From a virus, in the IMG/VR virus record IMGVR_UViG_3300045612_000232: DNA of 45,876 nucleotides; one strand, given 5' to 3'. The translations under genes and the position numbers were made by a program. Positions 7,892 through 17,769 of the stretch are shown piece by piece. Position 1 is the stretch's first letter, and the number at the start of each line of letters is the position of its first letter. Under the pieces are notes generated by a model. The model searched no databases, had not been told where the DNA came from, and saw nothing but the letters and a program-made list of their open reading frames with translations.

Positions 7892-8096
7892 AATTTTTTC
7901 CTCCTAATCTAGGATTGGAAAATAAATATTTTGAGAATAAAGTAAATAAATTGTCATATTTCATACTATAAAGTAATTCACATTTGTTACATTTTTATGA
8001 CAGCAAATTTGTGATTTTTTTTCTAATTTTCATATAGATAACACAGTTTAATTATATTATTCTTTCATAAATTCTTAAAAGTGATGCATCAAAACC

Positions 8097-8330
8097 ATGA
8101 GCGATACAAGTCTTTTAAATGAATTGAACCTAATGATCGATCAATATGTTTCTAGAAATGGGCGACAACCTGATCGAATTATTTTAGGTTACAAAGCCTA
8201 TGGGGATCTAATGAATGATTCTGTATTTTCAAAAGAAGTGACTAATTCAGCACTGAATCCTAATAAAAGAAAATACAAAAAATTAAAAATTAAGGTGACT
8301 AAAGATGATCATCAAATAGAACTGGAATAG
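8097..8330 (+). CDS. Hypothetical 77-aa protein (AT-rich moron)
   Basis: A strong intrinsic terminator follows. No motif recognised. Confidence 0.55.
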   Translation: MSDTSLLNELNLMIDQYVSRNGRQPDRIILGYKAYGDLMNDSVFSKEVTNSALNPNKRKYKKLKIKVTKDDHQIELE

Positions 8331-8340
8331 ATGAAAAGAA

Positions 8341-8370
8341 AAAGCCCTCGATTGAGGGCTTTTTCTTTTC
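8341..8370 (+). terminator. Intrinsic terminator
   Basis: aaagccctc-gatt-gagggcttt followed by ttttcttttc. Confidence 0.8.
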
Positions 8371-8592
8371 ATCTTAATAGTGAGCATAATTTTGCGCCAA
8401 CTTATAACTATATATAGAATCTTGTGCATAAATTTTCTCAAAACTTACAACACTTCTTAAAGTGCTCTAACATGAATACCAACATTAACGTGAGTATTGA
8501 TTGTTTTAGCTGTGCAGCTTGGCAATATACACATAATAAAAACGCTCAAAATCAATGAAGATAGTGAGCGTTTGCAATGATGAACTACTTTG

Positions 8593-9135
8593 TTATGCGA
8601 TCCGATTGTTGATCCAGCCATAAAAGAACTGCTCCTGTGTTGGATTGCGTTCACAGATTTCGATATAGCGCTGCCCTTGCATGATGTTCAGAACTCGGAT
8701 TAAGACCTTTTCACCTTCTTTCCCACGTTTGGCCACAAAGGTTTTCAGAGCATTCAAAGTGGCTGGTCCATAGATTCCATCAATTACTAAATCTGACCAG
8801 CCGCCTTTACCTTGATTGTTCAATAGATTTAAAGCACGTTGAAGTAATGGCTTGGCAAAGCCAGTACCGCAATTAACTCCTGTATCGAGTAGCTCTTCAG
8901 CCACAGCGGCACTAATCGTATTTACTTGTTCAAATCGCGGCGAGATCCAATACTGTTTTCGATAAATCTCTTTGGCCACATCTAAAGGTAGATCTCGCAT
9001 ATGACCTTTAAAGCCACTCGCACGTGCTACAGCTTCAGTAATACCGTACTTTGTAGCACCGCCTCGATCTGCGGGATTGTTTACATAACCGCCTTCACGT
9101 TTAATCAATTCATCTAGGTATTGTTCGATGTTCAT
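8593..9135 (-). CDS. Endolysin, GH108 lysozyme domain + PG_binding_3 domain
   Basis: 'REGGYVNNPADRGGATKYGIT' is the GH108 signature. 'IDGIYGPATLNALKTF' fits PG_binding_3. I prefer the ATG at 9135 (MNIEQYL, RBS aaggaaag) over the track start at 9246. Confidence 0.9.
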   Translation of the reverse strand: MNIEQYLDELIKREGGYVNNPADRGGATKYGITEAVARASGFKGHMRDLPLDVAKEIYRKQYWISPRFEQVNTISAAVAEELLDTGVNCGTGFAKPLLQRALNLLNNQGKGGWSDLVIDGIYGPATLNALKTFVAKRGKEGEKVLIRVLNIMQGQRYIEICERNPTQEQFFYGWINNRIA

Positions 9136-9193
9136 TTCACTTTCCTTTAGACGTAAAAAACCGCCTTTAAGCGGTATAGGAATCAAATCAGCT

Positions 9194-9568
9194 TTATTTA
9201 AAAATTGAGCCAAATGTTTCTTTGACTTCCACAATGATCTCAGCAAGTGACTTGCCTTTCATCAGCTGCACAGCTTGGTACAAGATACCAATACACAGCA
9301 TTCCAAACACAGCAAACATCAGCATGACAAAGCCTTGAGCCATGTGTGAGTAATGTTTTGATAATTCATAGTATTCAATAAAAGCTGAGCCACCGTATAA
9401 GCTAATTGCAACACTGAAGACAAATTTCATAATCACGCTAACGTTGATTTTAATTCGCCCTTCTTTGTCTATATCTCCACTTAAGGTTAGTGCGAATATC
9501 GCCCCCACAACTGCTGCTAAAATCTTGATGAACCACGGCAAAGCTTTAATTGAAAGTTGTTCATGCAT
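9194..9568 (-). CDS. Putative class I holin (three TM helices, charged C-terminus)
   Basis: Hydrophobic spans 'FIKILAAVVGAIFALTL', 'FVFSVAISLYGGSAFI' and 'FVMLMFAVFGMLCIGILY'. Lies immediately upstream of the endolysin. Start MHEQL has a GGAG RBS. Confidence 0.6.
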   Translation of the reverse strand: MHEQLSIKALPWFIKILAAVVGAIFALTLSGDIDKEGRIKINVSVIMKFVFSVAISLYGGSAFIEYYELSKHYSHMAQGFVMLMFAVFGMLCIGILYQAVQLMKGKSLAEIIVEVKETFGSIFK

Positions 9569-9629
9569 TTTTACCACTCCAGAAAATGAAAAACCGCCCA
9601 TAATTGGCGGTCATATTTATGTTTTAAAG

Positions 9630-9860
9630 TTAAACTTCGATTTGATATACAACACCCTCGGGTGCACTTCTCTTTATTTCATTTCCACTTATATAAACTT
9701 TATCTCCGGCAAAAAATTTTGTTGAACTAGTACAAAGCACAAGCCCTGTACCATCAGCCACTAATACTTTGTAATTTGGATGATCTGCAATTTGAACTGT
9801 GCCAATAAATTCAGGGGTTTTGGGAAGCATCTCGAAAAAGCGATTGTAGATATTACTCAC
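9630..9860 (-). CDS. Hypothetical 76-aa protein, last gene of the tail cluster
   Basis: Overlaps the stop of the upstream 631-aa gene by 8 nt. Confidence 0.55.
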   Translation of the reverse strand: MSNIYNRFFEMLPKTPEFIGTVQIADHPNYKVLVADGTGLVLCTSSTKFFAGDKVYISGNEIKRSAPEGVVYQIEV

Positions 9861-11748
9861 GATTCACCCTCTCAATTGATACGGTTTGATTCACAAGCTT
9901 ATGAGTAAATGATCCTCTAACACCATCTACAATTCCCCACCAATCACCATTAAATGCAACCAACTCACCTGGTAAACATAAGCCTATTTCTTGGGTGATT
10001 GGCATTAACAAACTATGATTTTCAACTAATCCAGCTTTGGCCAGAACTTCACGACCTTTGCTATGCATCACAGTTGTAGATGTCAGTAAGGGATTATTGA
10101 TCGACTCTTGAAGCACACCGCCCGCAGTTCCAATTCGCTTAACTTTCCCAGTGTCACCTGTACGATCGTTCGTTAGAAATACACCGTTGTAATCGGGATA
10201 AGGCTGATAATCAGTCGATTGATCGGTGACAATACTTTCAGGAATTACCCGGTCATAATCATCGATCGCAATTGAATCCCACCAGGTCTTTTTGTAGCGG
10301 GGCTTAATCGTTAAAGTGTTACTTGCAGGCTCACTGTAGATAAAGCCACCTGCAGCCTCAACAATAAGTTTTATCGCGGCTACTGGTGTTAGATTTGAAT
10401 AGCTCAAACTCTCTGCAGGTAATATCCATCCAAGCGCATCAATCAGATCCCAATTCAACACAACATCACTGTTCACTCTATCAAGCTCAGCTTGAACCAG
10501 TTGCACGGACGATCGCTCATTTTCTTGAGTGAAAGATCGTGTCGGTGAATATGGCGCATCAAGTAATGCGGTAGGACTACGACCTGAGAGCTTATAAACA
10601 TCTTTGCCGAACCGTCTTGAGCGTGAAATGTTTTCAAGCAACATGCGATGCTCATTGCCATTGATCATGATTTTTAGAATTACAGGCTGGCCATTAATCG
10701 GCTCAGTTTTAGACTTCTCATAAAACGGGATCGATAGATTATATGACCAGCTCCAACTGCTTCGGTCAGTGCTGTAATCGCCACTGTAAATTTGGATCTC
10801 TTGCCCGTTGTCTAACCGGGTTACTTTGATTTCATTCACGATATACCACCAATCAACAGGTACTGAGCTAGGTAAGCATTCATCAGCACCAAAATTTAAA
10901 ATAACGTTGTGCGAATCAATGTCATGACACAGACAAATGAAATTAAGGTCTGTAGAGCCTACATACTCAGGAAGTGGTTGAGGTTCAATTGGATCAACTT
11001 TTGATTTTCGGTAATAAACTGACTTTGACACATCCCACGGAATAGAATCAGATGTAAATAACTCCAACCCCTTGTCATATTTAAATATGTAACGCTTTTC
11101 AAAGACCTCAGCCACTTCATGACTAAACGTAATTTTCTTACGCTTTTTGACCATTTCCTCCCAATTAGCTTGGCTGTTAATCACTAACTTTTCAGATTCT
11201 GCAAATACCAAATTTCGAGATATAAATCTCTTGTCGTTCACCTGCCATACAAGATTTAGATCAGCAGCTAAACCTGTAGTTTCTTCAAAAACTGAATGTA
11301 TTGATTGCTTAAGAAAATTTGATTGAGCAAAGCCACAATTAATGGCGCTTGAAATCGTCAAACTACGCTCAAAAATAAAGGCGCTGTTATGCGCCTTGAA
11401 TATTGCTTTGCCATATCGGACGGTTTGATCAATTAATGCAGGTATTGTTCTCTCAAACTTAAAATCACTTAGATTGTTTAATCCTAAAACAAACGAGATA
11501 TCAAAACTTGCCTGAACTTTAGCAGTTAAAGTGAGATCAATGATGGCATCAACACGGGTTTCACGTTCTGCAGATGGTGTATAAGTCGCATGAATTTCTG
11601 CGATGAATGTTAAATTTACGCTTGCATCAACAATGGTAACTTCAAACTCTTCACCGAAATTTAAGATGACGTTATGAGGATCTGAAACAAGTGGCTTATC
11701 AAAATTAAGATCTATCTGATGCGGATCAAGTGGTGTGTAAGTTGGCAT
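9853..11748 (-). CDS. Distal tail / putative fibre-associated protein (631 aa) with a duplicated 'DLNF..D.HNVILNFG' module
   Basis: GAGGTGG RBS. The module occurs at aa 12-32 and again at aa 266-287. Assigned by its position in the tail cluster. Confidence 0.55.
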   Translation of the reverse strand: MPTYTPLDPHQIDLNFDKPLVSDPHNVILNFGEEFEVTIVDASVNLTFIAEIHATYTPSAERETRVDAIIDLTLTAKVQASFDISFVLGLNNLSDFKFERTIPALIDQTVRYGKAIFKAHNSAFIFERSLTISSAINCGFAQSNFLKQSIHSVFEETTGLAADLNLVWQVNDKRFISRNLVFAESEKLVINSQANWEEMVKKRKKITFSHEVAEVFEKRYIFKYDKGLELFTSDSIPWDVSKSVYYRKSKVDPIEPQPLPEYVGSTDLNFICLCHDIDSHNVILNFGADECLPSSVPVDWWYIVNEIKVTRLDNGQEIQIYSGDYSTDRSSWSWSYNLSIPFYEKSKTEPINGQPVILKIMINGNEHRMLLENISRSRRFGKDVYKLSGRSPTALLDAPYSPTRSFTQENERSSVQLVQAELDRVNSDVVLNWDLIDALGWILPAESLSYSNLTPVAAIKLIVEAAGGFIYSEPASNTLTIKPRYKKTWWDSIAIDDYDRVIPESIVTDQSTDYQPYPDYNGVFLTNDRTGDTGKVKRIGTAGGVLQESINNPLLTSTTVMHSKGREVLAKAGLVENHSLLMPITQEIGLCLPGELVAFNGDWWGIVDGVRGSFTHKLVNQTVSIERVNRE

Positions 11749-11760
11749 TTACCACCTCAT

Positions 11761-12156
11761 TTAAGGTACTCGCAGAATAAATGAGTCTAACTTTTCTGTA
11801 CCACCAAGTACTAAATTTGGATTTGTCATTGTGATATCTGTACCAACTGAAAAATCAGCAACGACTAACCCATTTCCATTGTACAGCCGCGCCCAAATCG
11901 CAGTTCCAGTTTTTATAACTGTAAAACCAACTGTTTCTTTCAGTTCTATACCATCTGCAAGTAACTGCTTAAAACAAGGTTTAGGTAACTCAATTGAAAC
12001 TAATTTTGCTGACTCTGTTGCTGCTAAAGAAGTACTTGTAGGTTTAGTATTATCATAAAAAACAAAGGTAGCATTATTGCTACCCGTATCTATGAAATTT
12101 GCCAGTGATTGCAGTTGTGCCAAGCCGGCAGCTAAAGATGGAATCACACTCATCAT
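11761..12156 (-). CDS. Hypothetical tail-cluster protein (131 aa)
   Basis: ATGA overlap with the upstream gene. Position only. Confidence 0.55.
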   Translation of the reverse strand: MMSVIPSLAAGLAQLQSLANFIDTGSNNATFVFYDNTKPTSTSLAATESAKLVSIELPKPCFKQLLADGIELKETVGFTVIKTGTAIWARLYNGNGLVVADFSVGTDITMTNPNLVLGGTEKLDSFILRVP

Positions 12157-12521
12157 CCAACTCTCCCATCAAACGGTAAGATATTGTCTTGAATTACCGC
12201 GTTATATTGGTTATTGGGATCAAATGCGAGAATGAAGCAGCTAAGACCAACCGCAACATTCCTAAAAATGTATGATCCATCCTCATTCGATGTAGTCTCC
12301 CATAGCAGTTGCCTAGTGTCACGACGAAATAAGCAAACTGGAACTGGTGAATAAGTTGCCCCAAGCTTTTTTGTTGAACCGTTAACTTTTCCAAAACCTT
12401 GATTATTATTCTTTGGTAAAAATAATGAAAAAGGAGTTGGTATACGGAAATGTTTTTTTTGCATTTGAACTGCTTTAGATGCCGCATATGAGCCGTAAAA
12501 AGCTCTGTAGACTTTAACCAA
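12153..12521 (-). CDS. Hypothetical tail-cluster protein (122 aa)
   Basis: Overlaps the stop of the 400-aa gene by 8 nt. Position only. Confidence 0.5.
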   Translation of the reverse strand: MVKVYRAFYGSYAASKAVQMQKKHFRIPTPFSLFLPKNNNQGFGKVNGSTKKLGATYSPVPVCLFRRDTRQLLWETTSNEDGSYIFRNVAVGLSCFILAFDPNNQYNAVIQDNILPFDGRVG

Positions 12522-13716
12522 TTTTGATCTCCTCTACAGGGATAACACACCAAAAACCAGTTGAAAACCCGTTGTAACTTGCACTGTGAATATACAGTGG
12601 GTTAGAAAAGTCTATGTCAGATGTTTTTTTAGGCATTTCGGCACTAGCGGGTAGATTTGACAACGTATGCGACCATCTATACATACCGCCAGCTATAAAT
12701 CCAAGGAACTGAAGAGTTGTAGCTTCGAATATTTCAATAGGATACGCAACACTGGTTTCAAAGTTATCTATTGTCGCGGGGAGATATGAACTTGCAGCTG
12801 TCGGATATGTGTGGGTGGGAGCTGCACCCGAACTGACATAAGGTCTTGCTACTACTTTAACACCGTTAATATTCCAAAAATCATTAACTAGATACCAGCC
12901 TGAATCTTCACTACTCATTGCTGGAGTGTATGCAAAGCTCAAAGGATATTTAAGTTTCTCATAGTCGAGGCAATGAGAAGGAACAAACCCAAAAAAACCT
13001 TTATTATCAGCATAGTAAGTAATCATACCTAAAAAGTGATACAAACTACCGACAACCACAGTATTTAAAAATAATGTCGGGTTTTGAGTCGCAGTGTACG
13101 AGTTGTAAGTTGAATTTGCGTATTTTGCAAGTTTCCAAGATGGTTGACTAGTATTTATAGTTGCACTTCCAACCCCAAAACCGTTTGACAATGTATCAGT
13201 GATTACCCCTGTTTGTTCATCTGCGCTAAGACCAAAAAAAGGCTGCATACAGCTCAAAAATGATGTTGAATTAGCAATACTATAAGTCAGTCTGCAATAT
13301 AAATCTGTTTCATCCAAATTCTTTAGTTTATATAACTGAACATAAGAATTAGCTGACTCATAGCATAAAACCCAGCCTAAGGGAGCTACATGTGTTGTAA
13401 AACTGGATTCAATGGATGACGGAGGCTGATCAACAATTATAGTAAGAGATAAACTTTCAACACTCTCAATTACAAATTCACTATTTAGAGATGGGGTATT
13501 AAGTTTTAAAACTCGACCCTTAGTATAACCGTGTGGTGCACCATAATTTAGTGTAATCACATTGCCACTTATAGCTACACTAGTTACAGTTTGAGTGTTA
13601 TAACCTGTGCTTAATATTTTTTTTAAAGCACTTGGCAATAAACTTTTGCTTGCGGGTGTTAAGTTTAAGCCCACATCTGAAAAACTATATTCTTTAGTTT
13701 GTGTTTGTCTGATCAT
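12514..13716 (-). CDS. Putative receptor-binding / tail-fibre protein (400 aa)
   Basis: Ser/Thr/Asn/Tyr-rich. Preceded by a terminator-like hairpin and its own intergenic region. Position only. Confidence 0.5.
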   Translation of the reverse strand: MIRQTQTKEYSFSDVGLNLTPASKSLLPSALKKILSTGYNTQTVTSVAISGNVITLNYGAPHGYTKGRVLKLNTPSLNSEFVIESVESLSLTIIVDQPPSSIESSFTTHVAPLGWVLCYESANSYVQLYKLKNLDETDLYCRLTYSIANSTSFLSCMQPFFGLSADEQTGVITDTLSNGFGVGSATINTSQPSWKLAKYANSTYNSYTATQNPTLFLNTVVVGSLYHFLGMITYYADNKGFFGFVPSHCLDYEKLKYPLSFAYTPAMSSEDSGWYLVNDFWNINGVKVVARPYVSSGAAPTHTYPTAASSYLPATIDNFETSVAYPIEIFEATTLQFLGFIAGGMYRWSHTLSNLPASAEMPKKTSDIDFSNPLYIHSASYNGFSTGFWCVIPVEEIKIG

Positions 13717-13731
13717 TGTTATTTACTCTCA

Positions 13732-13755
13732 ATAAAAAAGGCTGCATAAGCAGCC
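13732..13755 (-). terminator. Terminator-like hairpin inside the tail cluster
   Basis: Minus strand reads ggctgc-ttat-gcagcc followed by ttttttat. Confidence 0.5.
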
Positions 13756-13770
13756 CATTTGATTATTTCT

Positions 13771-15384
13771 TTAGATATCACGATCGATATCACCGCGATA
13801 CATGATTTGGAAGTTATCACTCAATACTGTTGGTTCAGATTGCTTCACTGTACGAATACACCAGAGTGGGTACATAGAAGCGATTGTATTGAAACGTAGA
13901 ACATTACCCGAAGCCCAACCCGCCCCCCATCCCAATGCTTTAACTTTGAAATATGGTGCATTGGTAATCGGATTAATCGGCATACAATCATCGTTAATGT
14001 TGCCATTCCCGATTTGTCCTGACACTTCACCAATGATTATGAAATTAGTATTATTAGTAAATACTAGTGCCCAACGCTCCTGAATTGCACCTTTGTTTGT
14101 GACTTCAATCTGATACAAAGCATCGTTGTAGTTTGCTGAAATAGATCCACCACTTGCTGTATTAGCCCAAGAGTTATTCCAAGTTCCTTGCACAAACTTC
14201 GATGTATATCGACTGAACATATCACCTATCACCAATGCAGACCCGACAATTGTATTTGATGCTTGATAATTATGGGTTAACGCCTTAGTGAAAGTGATTT
14301 GTCCATTGATTTGCACATCATTGATTAATCCAAGATCTTGATAACGATATGAAGCCGTCAACGGCGCAACCAAAGTGTTTAAAGCAAAATCACCGCTTAA
14401 AGTTACTTTTCCGTAATCATAATCAACTACGTACATATCATATGGAACTTTAGTACCTTCATTATCTTCAAGTTCACACCAGGATATGCGCTGATCATTA
14501 AGATCATAAGTTTGCCCCGCTACATGAGACGGTAGAACCTGAGTCTTTGAAGCAGCCACAACTCCAATATCACCAACGCGGAATATTGGAACACGACCAT
14601 CAATTGGTAAACGAGTAGCACTTAGCCCCAAAATATCCTTATCCAAAGGAATATAAGTATATGCAACAGCGTTATAGCGAATCGAATCAGCCGCAATCCA
14701 CTGTGGAACATCAATATAAACTTTATTTGCTTCAGTATATTCAAGCACTGGCAAATACCAAGGTTCAGCCTCAATTTCAGCTCGATTTGCAGATGTGATT
14801 TCAGTTTTTGTATAGAAATACACGTCTACAAAGCCTGTGTCATAGTTGACCTTGCCGCGCGCCTGACTTGTTTCAATTTGCCCTTGCTCATTAGCTGTCA
14901 AAGTTAATTGACCACCATTCAAAAATGATGCAACGACAGTCAAAGAACCTGGTCGAATCGGGATGACTGGCGTTCTAAAGCTAATATGATTCACTGGCTG
15001 CAAATCAGTCGTCGTTGTTAAAGACTGCAAAGTGATTTGATTATCAACATTCGGTGTCCAGCTGCTTAACTCAACTATACCAGTTCCGTATTGAATAGAT
15101 CCTGATGCGGTACCGCTACCATTTGCTGGATCAATATTTCTATATAGCGTACTAGTACGGTCAATGTATGTATCATTACCAAGCTTAAAACGAACTGATC
15201 CAGTTAATATCTGTTCATTAAAACCATTGGTGATATCTAATTTAAGTGAATCTGCTGTGATTTGTTTCACACCTGAATTTACGCCACTTGTGTCTCGATA
15301 CTTGACTTCAATATCTGTATTTGTGAATGCCTTAAGCTGTTTTGTTGATCGAGAAACATTAGAAATTTGCGGATAAAAGCTCAT
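13771..15384 (-). CDS. Tail/baseplate structural protein (537 aa)
   Basis: ATG at 15384 follows GGGGTGA. Position in the tail cluster. Confidence 0.6.
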   Translation of the reverse strand: MSFYPQISNVSRSTKQLKAFTNTDIEVKYRDTSGVNSGVKQITADSLKLDITNGFNEQILTGSVRFKLGNDTYIDRTSTLYRNIDPANGSGTASGSIQYGTGIVELSSWTPNVDNQITLQSLTTTTDLQPVNHISFRTPVIPIRPGSLTVVASFLNGGQLTLTANEQGQIETSQARGKVNYDTGFVDVYFYTKTEITSANRAEIEAEPWYLPVLEYTEANKVYIDVPQWIAADSIRYNAVAYTYIPLDKDILGLSATRLPIDGRVPIFRVGDIGVVAASKTQVLPSHVAGQTYDLNDQRISWCELEDNEGTKVPYDMYVVDYDYGKVTLSGDFALNTLVAPLTASYRYQDLGLINDVQINGQITFTKALTHNYQASNTIVGSALVIGDMFSRYTSKFVQGTWNNSWANTASGGSISANYNDALYQIEVTNKGAIQERWALVFTNNTNFIIIGEVSGQIGNGNINDDCMPINPITNAPYFKVKALGWGAGWASGNVLRFNTIASMYPLWCIRTVKQSEPTVLSDNFQIMYRGDIDRDI

Positions 15385-15386
15385 AA

Positions 15387-17360
15387 TCACCCCGAAACAT
15401 AGACAACAGATTGATAAGACTGGCTGTAAACAATTTGCTCAAGCACAGGTGTCACTACACAGGCACCACTTGCATAAGTGATTGTCCCCTGCACATTTCC
15501 TAAGCGATCAATCAAATTCCCAGTAGCTGCATTTATTGGGACATCAAATAATGTCACTAATTGAAAGTTATCAGGTGAAGAAGTTGGGTACTCATACACA
15601 GGTATTTTCAATTCAACACTATTTGGTTCAATTGCAGCACCTGTTCCAATATTAAAACTTAACTGTTGAGAGCCATTTGGTGTTACATCAGAAACAGTCT
15701 GTGATTTTGGATCACCGAAGCTGTAGTTGATCGTGAAAACTGTTGCTTTCTGAGGCAATTTATTCGGAATTATTCGCCCAACACCTGTTGCATAATTAAC
15801 GGTACCTGTAGCATCACCAGTGAATTGCCCTTGTGAATTAGATGTTGCAGATTTTGCAATACCTTCTAACATCCAATTCACTGCTACTGAACTTGCAGCA
15901 ATCCCTAATTGATTGAGATCAAACTCGATTGCAGCAGGCAAAACTGCTAGATCAGCTCTCTCAAAAGTTGATATTGGCGTTCCCCATAACAACAGAATTG
16001 GAGTATCAACATCAGGTAATGCACCTAATGTAACAAGCCAAGATCCTGTCACATAGTTAATTGTGCCTGCTCCATAAGAATCACTTGATCCTTTTAATTG
16101 CCCACTTCCGTTATCTTTAAGCGTATAAAACTTACCTTGAGACATATAAGATACTGACAAAGAACCTGGTGCAGGAATTGGTATCAAAACACCTGTCCAA
16201 TTCAAAGACTGATTATTCTGAGTGACAGGAACTGCATAGGTATGCATTGGTTGCGTTGGTGCAGCTGCAGGTCTAAATGTAATACTTAAACTTGTAGAAC
16301 CTGATCCTGCAGATGAAGTCCATTGAATCAATCCACGCTGATAGTCAATTGTTCCGACTTGAGTACCATCCGACTTTTTAAGCAGTCCACCCTGATCTGC
16401 AATCGCATTACCAAACAATGTAAAAGAAACACTAGAAGGAATAACACTAGAACCGATATACAAGTTTTGTGATGTACCAATCGTAGTTGAATAAGCAATT
16501 GTAATCTTATTTGCGTTGCCTGATACCAATGCAATACTTTCACTTGAAGCATTCAAGTCAACTAAAGGAGTTTCAATTTGAGCTGCCGGAACCAGTTGAC
16601 TAAACATACTTGCTGCTTGGACAGTGAACTGCCCTACGTTCGCATCTTCAACTAAATCAGTGCTTGCGTAGTACTTACCTGTATCCGCAACCAACGTATC
16701 TCGAATAATCGTTGTAGATTTAGTTCCTGAATACCATTGGCTTGCTGATAACCCAACAAAATCAATCTCAAGCGGATCATTCAAATCGTAAGTTGCAACT
16801 TTGTATTCAACTTCTTTACCGTTAACGATCATGATTGCAATACGTGTCTCAACTTTAGTGATTCTTACGTATTGCTCATATTCGTTGCTTTTGCCTTCAT
16901 TCGAAATTAATACAATTGTATCGCCGACATTTGCCTCAATTTCATTTTTAAACATCGCAACTTGAATGATCTTCATGCCTTGCCACAAAGTATCTAAGGG
17001 CGTTCCTGCAATCTGTCCACCTTTTGCTAGGTAATTTTCAACACGGTTTTGAGCAGAATCACGTGTATCTACATGTGACTCTGTACTGAATAAAAGTGCT
17101 GAGACGTTCGGATCATCTGGATTCTTAGAAACGAAAACGGTTGAACCCATTAACGCATCAGTATCTACACTATTTACACCCGCATAGATCTTACGCATCG
17201 ATACACGACCCATTGTTCGATCTAACTCAGATACATCAGGAAAAAGGTTATTACTCTCCCCATCAACAACCACTTGGCCAGAATATTTACCACCACCATC
17301 AGTGGTATCAGTAAGGCGCTCAGACTTATATAAAACTAAATTATTGGTCTCAATTGGCAT
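15387..17360 (-). CDS. Tail/baseplate structural protein at the hub position (657 aa)
   Basis: ATG at 17360 (MPIETNN) has a GAGGTG RBS. The track start at 17372 is a TTG. Second gene after the tape measure. Confidence 0.6.
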   Translation of the reverse strand: MPIETNNLVLYKSERLTDTTDGGGKYSGQVVVDGESNNLFPDVSELDRTMGRVSMRKIYAGVNSVDTDALMGSTVFVSKNPDDPNVSALLFSTESHVDTRDSAQNRVENYLAKGGQIAGTPLDTLWQGMKIIQVAMFKNEIEANVGDTIVLISNEGKSNEYEQYVRITKVETRIAIMIVNGKEVEYKVATYDLNDPLEIDFVGLSASQWYSGTKSTTIIRDTLVADTGKYYASTDLVEDANVGQFTVQAASMFSQLVPAAQIETPLVDLNASSESIALVSGNANKITIAYSTTIGTSQNLYIGSSVIPSSVSFTLFGNAIADQGGLLKKSDGTQVGTIDYQRGLIQWTSSAGSGSTSLSITFRPAAAPTQPMHTYAVPVTQNNQSLNWTGVLIPIPAPGSLSVSYMSQGKFYTLKDNGSGQLKGSSDSYGAGTINYVTGSWLVTLGALPDVDTPILLLWGTPISTFERADLAVLPAAIEFDLNQLGIAASSVAVNWMLEGIAKSATSNSQGQFTGDATGTVNYATGVGRIIPNKLPQKATVFTINYSFGDPKSQTVSDVTPNGSQQLSFNIGTGAAIEPNSVELKIPVYEYPTSSPDNFQLVTLFDVPINAATGNLIDRLGNVQGTITYASGACVVTPVLEQIVYSQSYQSVVYVSG

Positions 17361-17769
17361 TTGGCACCTCAATAAATCTTAATGTTGCTCGGTAATAGTC
17401 ACCATCTGACACCGTTGGAAAACCTTTTACTGTATCCGCCTCAATAGCACCTTCAGCATGATTAAAAATCACGTTGAATTGGCGTGTGTCATGCGGATAT
17501 TCAAAAACCAATGTGAATTGTTCATCTTGCAAAGCTGACCAGTCTAGGATCACTGATAAAACTGAGCGCTTAATCCATCCCTGATTGTCAGTTTTAGATA
17601 ACAGTGTGATTGGTCTACCTGACTTCTTCTTTCCTTCTTGAATGATCAAGGTTCCATCCACGGCGTACTCTTGATTTTGGTCAATTGGCTTCCAAGCAAA
17701 TTCGTCAGACCATAAAAAACCGTCCTCAAGTGGGACGGATTCATTTGTTGCATTTCGTTTGAGTCTCAT
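17350..17769 (-). CDS. Small tail protein at the distal-tail position (139 aa)
   Basis: TAATG overlap with the tape-measure stop. Confidence 0.55.
   Translation of the reverse strand: MRLKRNATNESVPLEDGFLWSDEFAWKPIDQNQEYAVDGTLIIQEGKKKSGRPITLLSKTDNQGWIKRSVLSVILDWSALQDEQFTLVFEYPHDTRQFNVIFNHAEGAIEADTVKGFPTVSDGDYYRATLRFIEVPNAN

Noticed and set aside
12194-12553. 119-aa minus-strand ORF overlapping almost all of 12153-12521
   Set aside because: It is an alternative frame of the same strand with a Cys/His/Phe-rich, junk-like sequence. The 122-aa frame has clean coupling to both neighbours.
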